A stretch of 64,000 nucleotides of DNA from Salpingoeca rosetta (taxonomy: Eukaryota; Protista; Choanoflagellata): positions 328,589-392,588 of the forward strand of contig JAWQFM010000014.1 of the NCBI GenBank assembly GCA_033442325.1. Direction: 5' to 3'. Every line of letters starts with the position of its first letter. Position 1 is the stretch's first letter. A program made the position numbers and the translations under genes. This document shows, in pieces, positions 40,162 through 64,000 of this stretch. The notes under the pieces are model-generated. The model saw nothing but the letters and a program-made list of their open reading frames with translations, ran no database searches and was not told the DNA's origin.

Positions 40162-40771
40162 AATGCGTACATTAGTGTGTTCATATGCTGATTGTTCTCT
40201 TGGTGCAACATGTGGTTGCAGCTGCCCCCTCGCCAAGTCTCTCTCACGCATACACACACACACACATACATACACACGCACACACACGTACGCACACACA
40301 CACGTACGTACGTACTCACGCGTACGTACACATGCTGTTCTCGCTCCACCACACCCTTGACCCCGCCATCAACACCAGGCACGACACCAAACGGGTCCAA
40401 GCTGTATCCACTGCTGCGGCACTTCCGCCGGCCCGCCGCTCGCCTAGCACACATCATCGGCCATCTTCCTGCCAGTCTGCGAGGTGCACTCGTCAACTGG
40501 CACCTCGGTGACTGCTCCAACGCGCTCGTGAGTGGCTGAGACCGATATCTGTGGTGCTGTGGCTCAGTTGATGTGTTGCGTGCACCTGCAAGTGTTGGTT
40601 GATTGTCTCCTGCACTCTTTGCTTTGCTGTACGTTGCACGTAAACGCATGGACGTACTCATTCACACACACACACACACACACAACCACAATGCACGTAC
40701 ACACACAACACACACGTGCACACAATGCACGTACACACACACACAACACACACATGGACACAATGCACAAT

Positions 40772-40816
<45 letters not shown>

Positions 40817-41398
40817 CACACACATGCGCACAGCCACCATCCCCAACGGCGCTTGCGACGATTGACGAGCTGTTCCACCACGACGTTGTGCTGCAAGCGC
40901 TGCACATGGCCTGCTGCGAGATGGAGTACCTACTGGATCTGGACACGCACCACTACCGCGAGCACCAGCACAAGCTCGTCTGGTACTATGGCGGCGCGGA
41001 CGGTTGGGTGACGCACCACCACGCGGCAGACATCAAGCACGCCCTCCCACACAGCACGCATATCGACTGCACACAGGTTCGTGTGTATGTGTGTATGCAT
41101 GTGTGTATGCGTGAGTGTAGGTGTGAGTATTGGGTTGTACGTGTTGGTTTTATGTGTGTTTGTGTATGTGGACGTATGCCTGTGGATGTTTATCTGGGCG
41201 TGCTCACCACGTGTCTCCGCTCACCACCTCTGCTCATTCTCCTGTTTGCTTGCATGATCGATCACAATCACACAGGGGTTCTCGCACAGCTTTGTTGTTG
41301 ACCAGAGCGAAGAGATGGCGAAAATCGCACTCAACTGGCTCCTGTCACCCCAATCAACATCATCCAAGCCACAATCACCGTCATTGCATTCCTCTTAA
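39072..41398 (+). CDS. LDAH: Lipid droplet-associated hydrolase (LDAH/C2orf43-like); 4 exons
   Basis: MIPGNPGHPEFYIDF, GHTGH, GHSIGAW, LFPTV...TPNG, YYGGADGWV, HSFVV; stop TAA at 41396-41398. Confidence 0.85.
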
Positions 41399-41735
41399 TG
41401 GCTGTACCACGCTTCGATTTCGCCTGCCGCTGCACTGGCTGTTGTTTGCCATCTTTACCTCGCGTTTGCTTGTTGTTGCTGTTGTACATTCTGCCTTTTT
41501 GTTCTGCACTGTGATTTTGTTTTGACTTGTCTCTTGTCTTCTGTACAGACTGCAAGTGTGAATGTGAAATGCTCTCACCGAATTACACCGCACCAGCCAT
41601 TGGATGACCACCGAACAGACCCACGCACACGCCCACGCCCACAAGGAGCCCCAAACGCTCGCGAATTCGAACCAAAGTTTACTTGTCGCACTGGCAGCCA
41701 CGCGTGCACGTCTCTCGCGCACACAAACGTGCACA

Positions 41736-41817
<82 letters not shown>

Positions 41818-41823
41818 AACAGT

Positions 41824-43988
41824 TCACGCATCCTCAACATCGACCGACCAGTTGAACGTGAACTGCGGCGTGTCGTCATAGTTACAAATCTCCCTGTCCC
41901 TGTCGTAGTACCACAGCCCGCGCAGCACAAGCCGTTCAATCTTGGCGCGCAATCCCTTGATCCAGTTGTTGTGCAGAATAACAATCTGCGGGTGGCGCAC
42001 GTGGATGTTGTCGCTGTTCCAATAGCCGCCCACGTTGCCGTTTGGATACTGCCGCCGGTCAAGGAACTCAACTTCAAGCAGTGCATTGCCTGCAGGCAAT
42101 GCGTTGTGTGCGGTTTCGTGTATGTTCGTGTCATGTGAATATACACCCCAGGTCTTCAGAGCGAGTAGCAAACGAGAAACGAGCACGTTGGCCTCCATCT
42201 TGGGACCGTTGCTTGCAGACAACGACACGGCAGATCACGGGCAGGCCGCATGCAGAGCAAACAGTTGTCAACTCAGCCATACCTTGGTCGTGTGGGATGA
42301 GGTCTGGCGGGGGTCGGTAGTGGCACTTGTTATCGCCGACAGTGGTTGTGCCTTCCTTCCCGCCACACAGGACGATGTAGAAGGAGGGCTGCTCTGTCAT
42401 GGTGCTCGAGGCAGCATGCGCAACAATCTGCAACATGAAAAGTATGGTTCCAATGGCATCGAAGGCGCAGCGCGTGAGAAACATCCACAGTTGTCGGTGA
42501 AACATTACTGGGGTTGGTGGACGGCGAACCAGCGGCCGCAGAATTTGCGCGCACACACACACGAAGACAAGGTGGACAGACGAACACGCAGCACACCACA
42601 ACACACAACACAACACAACACAACACAACACAACACAACACAACACAACACAACACAACACAACACAACACAACACACCACAACACAACACAACACAACA
42701 CAACACAACACAACACAACACAACACAACACAACACAACACAACACAACACAACACAACACAACACACCACGTGCGTACCTGCTGCATTGCGGCGATGGT
42801 GACTGGTGTGGAGCGGACGCGATAAAACCCGGAGTTGATGCGAAGAGGGCCATTGGCCACACGCTCGTCCGGGAAGGGGGCGTTGCTCTGCACAACAAAG
42901 TCAGACTCCTGTGCGTGCACGCAAATTTTGCGAGAAAGAGAGTGTGTTATTAAGGTGATGTGTTATTAAGGTGACGTGAGCGACAGGCGTTAGCGCATGG
43001 GCACAGGGCTCACGCACGCCACAAACATAAATGAATGTACGTGCAGCATGCAGGCACGCACACGCAACAAGAACAAACAGGCAAACAAACAACTTTGTAC
43101 ATCGCTCCGCGAGTGAGCGAGCGCGCACACCCAGCACCAAGACCCACCATGGCCATCAGCTTTGGAATCGGGTCCTCAAACCAGACAATGTCCGTATCTG
43201 TCGTCACAGCAGCAGGCGAGCAGGCAGATGTGAGGGAACGAATATCCTGGTGTGTGGTGCTGCTGCTGCAGCAATGTAGTGCTGACCAAAAGTGCGAGGA
43301 TGGCACGAACGGCACAATGATGCAACCAAGCAAACAAGGCCGCATGCCCCCCCCCCACACGCACACGCACACACAACATACACACACGCGCACACACGCG
43401 CACACACACACACACGCACACACACGCACACACACAACATACACACATACCTGTCCAGGTGACATCATATCCCATTTGCAAGATTTGGAGCACAACTTGT
43501 GACTTGAGCTTGGTCACCTGCATACAGTGCAGCACAGGCAGGCGCGCATGTGCACATGTGTGAGCGGTTACATTACAGTGGTGGCGGACAGGATTGGGCT
43601 GTCAAAAGAAATGCATCCAAAAAGACTAAAAGAGGGGCACTACCGAGAAACCACAAGTAAGGGGGGGGGGCATCACGAACTCCAACACGCATGTGACATC
43701 AATAGAGCTCTTCGTACAACTCGACGTACACACGCGCACGTGCGTGTTGCCCTCACCTTCTTGAAGGCGTCGCTTCCGTACTCAAGATCGCGAGACGAGA
43801 GACCAGCAAGGTCGTCGCTCTGATAGTAGAAGATGGGCAGACCCATGCGGAATCCAAACCTGACCCAGCAGCACGAGATTCGGCAGCAGCGTGTTGGCTT
43901 TGGCGGTGAGCGTAGGAGCTTGACACACACAGAGGAATCCACGCGCACACACATAGAGACAGACACAGATGCACACAGACACGCAAAC

Positions 43989-44030
<42 letters not shown>

Positions 44031-45327
44031 CAGCGCAGCCCCACACCACCCTGCGCCAGATACCGACGCATCGTGCGCACCTGTACATTTCCTCGTCAAA
44101 GGCGGCAAGTATGAGCTGATCGTAGATGCCAAGCCGACGAAGGTTGCACACAAAGTTCATCACCACATCGCGATAAATGTAGCTGTCGTTGCATGCAGGC
44201 AAACAAGGAACGCATTGGGAAGATTGGTGTTGCACAGTGAGCAACAGCAAGATGCATGCAAAAGCAAGTTGTGACAAACAAGAATTGGCGCGCAACGATA
44301 AACACACATCACGCACCCAACGCAGCCACCACCACCACCACCAGCACATCATCTGCGTGCCGCATTCATACGCAACACATGCAGCACATGCAACACACGC
44401 AACAGTTTCACACCCATACAATGCGTGGCCTGCGTTCACACAATGCACGCATGATAAACAACACGCAAGACACACCTGACACCGGAGAGGATGACGTGTT
44501 TGTTTCGCGCGACAATGGGCAGCAGGTCCTTGAGTGTAAAGGGCAGACCATAACGCGGCTCGTGCCCCGGTGGCGTGGTGACCGGGATGGTGTAGGCGTC
44601 TGTCTTGTCCACAGAGACGCTGCCGCACTTGACAATGTTCTTGCGCACGTCGTTCTCGAACACGTTGGCCACCTGCGGGTCATTCTGTGTTGTGATTGCA
44701 AACGCGTTGTGCTCGCACGGGCAGATGCCTGGACGCACGCGCTTCATCAGGCACATGCCAGAGGGCTCCATGCACGCTGCAAGCTTCCACGGCGCGTGCA
44801 CGGTTGTGCCGTCCTGGTTGCGGTAACTGCCGTAGTAGATGGCAAGGTGGTTGTTGTGGAAGATCTGCCAGTCGGTTGTCTTGGACTTCATCCAGAACGT
44901 GGCGCTGCCACCGGTCGCCATCTTGGATACCGCCCCCTCGGCACTACACACGGTGGCGGTGGTGCTTATGTGAGACTGTTGCGATCTTGCGATAGCTCCC
45001 TGGCAACCAAGCGGCGCCATGCCGCAAGTCACATATGGTGTCGCACCAGCTCGCACATGTGCATGCACACACATACACACACATACACAAAGCAGTGTAC
45101 CTTTTGTAGTTGTGGTTGACGTGGACAGCGGTGACAGCCTCTGTTCCATCAATGACGTCCCGGTATCCAGCTTGGATCACCTCGTGAACGAACCAGTTGT
45201 CGACTGCAGAAAACGCATGCACAGCAGCAACATGTACCCGTGAGGCGAGCTGTGAGCCAAAACAGGCACATGCACATGTGTATTTGCAGGTACGGATGCG
45301 TACGTCTCCTGTTCACATGTGTGTGTG

Positions 45328-45386
<59 letters not shown>

Positions 45387-46824
45387 TGCATGGACATGAA
45401 CACGAGAGCATCAGTGTTTACATTTGCTTTTGCCGCGAATAAAAGGCGGCATAACGCCATGAAACAGCTTCTTTCCGTTGTTGTTCCATGCAAAGTAATC
45501 CTACATTGTCAGTTGTGGTGGAGTGTACAAGTCGAACGCATGCGTGTGACGTTAAGTGAGACAGCTGGCTGAGACAATGCTTTCAACTTCGCTCCATTCA
45601 TCCGGGAACAGCGCGCACACAGCAAAAACGCTCACGCTCACACTCATGTTCACGTTCACCCGCAGCAAACACGCATACCCACAGCAAACACACACACCCG
45701 CCCACTCACCCATCCACCCACACCAACACACCCACCCACACACACACACCCACCCACCCACACACACACGCACACGCACACGCACACGCACACGCACACG
45801 CACACGCACACGCACACAAGGTCCAACCTGGCCGCCAGCGGTGTGCAGGACGCCTTTCGTTTTGGTGTAGGCAACAAAGGCTGCCTCGTTGAAGTCCTTG
45901 CGTGAAGGTTCATATATGCTCGGCAAGTCATCAATGTCATACCTGTGGCAACGAGACATGACAGAAACGTGAACTACGTGCACACGCAACCCCCAATAAG
46001 CAGCAACAGCTAGTTGCCGCCAGATCACAAAAGATCATTGCTTGCAGGCAAGCAGCTGTGACGCACCGTGCTCCGGCAAGGAACCAGTCGTCGAAGTGCG
46101 TGCGCAGCTTGGCCACGGCATCCGGAAACGATTGGGTCAACAAAATGTCACTGTTCAGGATCACACTCACCTGTGTGTGTGTGTGTGACGTGGATAAGTA
46201 CTCAGACTCTGCTTGCCACGCTCAAAGCGCGCAACAGTCACCACTGCACACTCGGTGCCTGCTTGCATGCACGCCACAAACCATACACAAGCACACTCAC
46301 ATCAGTGTCGGCATTCATTGCCGTGTCGATCAGGCTGCCGGCGAGCGGCATCATGACAAAGTTCATGTCCAAGTGCGGGTTGATGATGGCATCGTAATCC
46401 TAGGGGCGCCCATAGCACGATTCTGGGTGAGACATCATGCTTGGTGCAACAAGGAAAGGCCTTTCCCTCCCCACACGCTCGGCCCTCTCTTGTCTACATG
46501 TGTCGATGAAACAAGTTGGATGGGACAGCTTGGTGCGATACCTTGGCGACCTCCTCGTAGCCTTCGCCTTGGCCGACAAGCACGACCTTTGGGCGGGGCT
46601 TGAGCCGGATCCAAGACTCAATGGCGCGTCGCTAACAGGCAGGCAACAAACAGCACAACGGCAAGTTGGAGTGGGGGGGGGGAGGGAAACAACGCGAGGG
46701 GACGCAATCAAATTGAGCGGGAGGATGTCGAGCAAAGCGAAAGCAATCGAGAAAGCAAAGCGAAAGCATTGGGTTTGCACACGCACATGTGCATGCAAGC
46801 ACAAACAAACACACACAAAGCAAG

Positions 46825-46865
<41 letters not shown>

Positions 46866-47232
46866 CCCAGCACATATACACAAGCGCAAACGGAGCTCTG
46901 ACCTGCAAGCGATTGGGCAGGCCCGAGAATCCTTGAGGGGTGATGAAAATGCTCCACGTAAAGTCGTAGTCATACATGGCCTCGTTGCTGGTGCGTTCAT
47001 GCAGCAGCGTTTGGTGAATGGACTTGAGCGTCGTGCCGCGGATGTCGCGACGGGCCCGGCCACCTCCTCCGGTCGCGCCTGCGTGAACGCCATACTGGTG
47101 CGAGCTGCTGCTGCTGCTGGAACCCCTGTCGCTGCCCGTGTGAACTTGCAGCATGATGACCACGAGGCCGATCATGCCTGCAAGCACGACGGCAAGCAGG
47201 GTCGACCCAAACCGTGTCCTCAACATATTCAT
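41824..47232 (-). CDS. Type II membrane GT77 (nucleotide-diphospho-sugar transferase) glycosyltransferase, plant RAY1-like two-domain architecture; ~15 exons
   Basis: N-terminal TM; SIFITPQGF...RAIESW; LNSDILL; LPFTLKDLLPIVA; YRDVVMNFVCNLRRL; VTKLKSQVVLQILQMGYDV; DxD in TDTDIVWF; INSGFY; EQPSFY; FLDRRQYPNG; LHNNWIKG...GLWYYD. Confidence 0.85.
42598..42770. repeat. (CAACA)n pentanucleotide microsatellite in an intron of the GT77 gene
   Basis: Directly visible. Confidence 0.92.
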
Positions 47233-48105
47233 CTTTCCTCCCTTCCCTTTCGGCTTGCTGGCTTGTTTGCCGTGAAATGCAACAGAAGAGGAGAACACGA
47301 CAGCGAGCAAGCGAGAAGACAACGCGCACGCTCAAAGAGAAGGAGAGAGAGCGAGAGAGTAGGAAGAGGAGGAGGATTCAACTGAACTGATACGCTTCAA
47401 CTGAAAGACTGAAGGAACGAAACAACACACCCAATGCACCCGAAGCCGCTGCCAACCGCCCACGCGACTCGCTTCAGCGCTTTCGTGGTGTGTCTGGTGT
47501 CCTCGTCGGAGGTGGGACGGGTTCTTGCTGTTGATTGATGTGAGGAGAACAATGATCGTGAGCGAGGCGAGGAGAGGAGCCACGCTGCTTCCTTCCTCTC
47601 TCTCTCGTTGTTGGTGCTTTGGTTGCGCGCAACGGAAACGTCCCCGAGTTTACCAACAAAACACTGACAGTTTATGGCAAACTAACATTTGCCACACACG
47701 ACAACAGACAGGAAGAAAAGTTGTGGCTGCACCGTTTTCTGCTTGTGCTATGGTCGCGCAACACAGAAATCGTCAACCGCCCACCACCACCACGTTGCGT
47801 CGTTTGCTTGCTTGCTTGTTTGTTGGTCGTGAGTTGAGCTGAGCGCCCCACCCACTCCCAGCATTGTCACGGCAGGAGGCAGCAGAGCAGCGATTGTTTG
47901 ACCCTTCTCCCTGTCCCTTTTCTCGACCACAAAGCACAAAGGCCAAGCAACCAAGCCCTCCAGAAGCACACAAACAACCCAAGTGACCCTGTTGGTGAGC
48001 AAACAAAGCAGGCAAGACAACCAAGACGGTTGTTTCTTTGTGGACCTACCCTTGAAGGAGACCTTGTCCACAACGACGACAACAGTCACCAGGAGTGTGC
48101 ATACG

Positions 48106-56833
<8,728 letters not shown>

Positions 56834-56859
56834 TTGCGAGTGTGATTGTGGATAGATAG

Positions 56860-56864
56860 GGTGG

Positions 56865-56913
<49 letters not shown>

Positions 56914-56915
56914 GG

Positions 56916-56964
<49 letters not shown>

Positions 56965-56975
56965 GGTGGTGATGA

Positions 56976-57009
<34 letters not shown>

Positions 57010-57012
57010 GGT
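56860..57012. repeat. Compound (GAT)n/(GGT)n trinucleotide repeat just 3' of the receptor stop codon
   Basis: Directly visible. Confidence 0.92.
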
Positions 57013-57615
57013 CGCAACGTCTGTAGCTGCCATTCATCTATTGCTGTTTGTCATGCCATGTAACGTAATGCCGTGTCAGTTTACAGGCTATGCTTTCTCC
57101 CCCTTGTGTTGCGTGTATTTGTTGCACTCACGCCCTCGTGGTGTTTGTGTGTGGCATGTGGTGTGATGCCATTGTTCGCTGTCTGCGCAGCCCACCTGTT
57201 TGTGTTCCGCTGTGTTGGATGTTTTGTACTTCTTTCGTACATGACCTCAAAACCCAAACACACACACGCACATGGATAGCGGTGCTTGATGGAGTGTGTG
57301 TGTGTGTGCGAGTGTGTGTGAGTGTGTGTGTGTGTGTGAGGTCAGCTGGTTGGCAGAACGGCAAAGGAAGGAGGGTGACGTGTGTAGTTGAAAGCAGAGT
57401 TGGTGGTGAACTAGTCTAGGCTGATGAAAGGGGTGAGCAGAAGTTGCGGAAAAGCCACGAGCTAACGGGTGAATGGTGGTGCTTCTGAGAGAGAACGGTG
57501 TGGTTGTGTCGAGACGGCCGCAATTGTGAACATGATGCTGGCACAAAGCGACTGCAAGGGACGGCAGCCAACTACACTTGTTTCCTCGCCCACTCGCACA
57601 TGTGATGATGCTAAC

Positions 57616-57718
<103 letters not shown>

Positions 57719-57727
57719 GGCCGTTGC

Positions 57728-59771
<2,044 letters not shown>

Positions 59772-59789
59772 TCAGTAACACCACCCGCG

Positions 59790-62408
<2,619 letters not shown>

Positions 62409-62471
62409 GCCATGCCAAACGCTTTCATCAGAACCCTACTAGCATCGGAGCCATTAAACTCTGTCAATCAG

Positions 62472-62550
<79 letters not shown>

Positions 62551-63714
62551 GGCAACCACCGAATCAGCAACACAAAACAACACGACCAAGCACGCAGCTC
62601 ATCTGCATTGCAGTCACATTTCGATCGTACTGTGGCAGCAAAACACACAACTTCAGCGGCATGGGGCAATGTTTAGTTCCCCTAAACACACGTTTTGGCC
62701 TACATGACGCCATGGGAAAATGCGATATTGCGATGTCACAAACCACAATGCGAGGAAGCCGTCCATCTCTCCACCATTTCTTTGGTGTGGTTCCAGTGAG
62801 ACACCCCCCCCCCCCCCACACACACACACACAACAACCAGCCGCAAATTATGATTGCATGCTTGCCCTTTCTGCGTGGTCTTGCTTTGAGTTTCATTAAC
62901 GCTGCACAAGGCAGAACAAGTGGTGGAGAACGGCGGGTGGGGTGTAACGGCATTGGAGGGCTGCCTGTCTGTCTGTGTGACGTGCGGTGTGATGTGATGC
63001 TCACTAGCTCACAGCCAACACATTCGGACAACAAAGCCCAACAAGATGAACGCAGATGTAGGAAGAAGAACTAAGAACGCAGCATGTAGACGGCAGCACA
63101 TGGTGGCAACTGCAGGTGTCTTTCTCTTGGGGTGTGTGGCAGGGCTGTAGGCGGAACGAACAATGCCTAAATGCGAAGAAGGTAACAAGGCAATCAGGGC
63201 AGTGAGGGCACTGGACCAGGCAACGAACACTCGCGCCACAGGTCTGATTTGCTGGCGATGCCAAATATGAGAGGCAGAGAACGAACTTCGCAGCGAGCGC
63301 ACCAGTGAGAGTGCAGCCGCAACCAACGGAAAGCGGGTGTGAGTAGGGGCTATCGGGCAGTTAAACAAGAGGAAGATCGAACGAGCCAGAACAAAGCAAG
63401 GAAAAAAGTGAAGCTAGAAGCGACGAAAGGGGTGAAAACGAGGAGGCCAAGGTTCACAGGGCCGGCCAGAGAGAATGTGTGGAGAGTTGTAGCTACGACA
63501 AGGAGGGGGGGGGGCGACTGTGAACTCTAAAAACCTAAGGCTTCAGCGACAACAAGGAGACGAAGGCAGCTAGCTGCATGGTCAATCAATCCAGCAGAGA
63601 CCTTTTTGCAGCGTGCGTTTGACGCGGTGCAAGACAGAGAAGCAGATACAGGCAAAAAAAAAAAAGAAAAAAAAGAAAGAGAGGTGAAGGGGGAAGGGGA
63701 TTCGCTGCATGCTG

Positions 63715-64000
63715 CTACGACGAGGACGACGGCGGATGCGGCGGCGACTGTGAATGGTGAGCCATGTGATGATGCGCGTGACTGGAGTCGAATGCAAGGT
63801 CCAGTGGCGCAAACGGGAACGCAGTGGTGGTCCCGCCTCCCAGAGAAACAGCCTCTGTTGCACGGCGAAGGGAAGGGGAGGTGACGACCGAGTGGGGGCC
63901 AGGGGCACCCATGTGAGGAAATGCACCCGTTGGTGATTGCGGCAGGCTCGTGCTGCGAGGCAAGCTCTCCTGGGCGCCGACGCTGCTGCTCAACGTGTGG
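63715..64000 (-). CDS. Probable terminal exon of a minus-strand gene continuing beyond the window (S/P/H-rich low-complexity tail)
   Basis: Open frame from the window end to a stop at 63715, followed by a T/C-rich UTR-like region; no recognisable domain. Confidence 0.35.
   Translation of the reverse strand, partial: HTLSSSVGAQESLPRSTSLPQSPTGAFPHMGAPGPHSVVTSPSLRRATEAVSLGGGTTTAFPFAPLDLAFDSSHAHHHMAHHSQSPPHPPSSSS

Noticed and set aside
63606-63884. Plus-strand K/E-rich ORF
   Set aside because: Non-ATG start, and the Lys run derives from a poly-A tract; better explained as antisense of a minus-strand terminal exon/UTR.

Overview
Eukaryotic, GC-rich, gene-dense and intron-rich DNA whose introns and UTRs are saturated with (CA)n/(GT)n microsatellites. 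This style and the gene content suggest a choanoflagellate such as Salpingoeca rosetta (inference, not searched). Most ORFs in the track are microsatellite or antisense artefacts. Splicing GT-AG exons by eye gives about 16 genes: an Inturned-like longin protein (partial), a SulP/SLC26 transporter, a front-end (Delta5-like) desaturase, a possible PIG-F, a PBZ-PBZ-BRCT-SWIM ATP-dependent DNA ligase, trifunctional HIS4, an intronless L-domain/LRR surface protein, mitochondrial FabF/OXSM, an ABHD1-3-like hydrolase, PABPN1, UBC6/UBE2J, LDAH, a plant RAY1-like GT77 glycosyltransferase, a laminin-N/LE/furin-repeat receptor with a tyrosine-motif tail, spermidine synthase and mitochondrial TyrRS. Best leads: (1) a bacterial-type minimal DNA ligase fused to eukaryotic poly(ADP-ribose)-reading modules; (2) an unexplained ~270-nt structured, repeat-free element inside a UBC6 intron; (3) a kinase-less laminin-N receptor; (4) a RAY1-like glycosyltransferase; (5) introns with GT repeats at the donor and complementary CA repeats at the acceptor. 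Family assignments come from motif recognition and recalled family sequences; no database searches were run.
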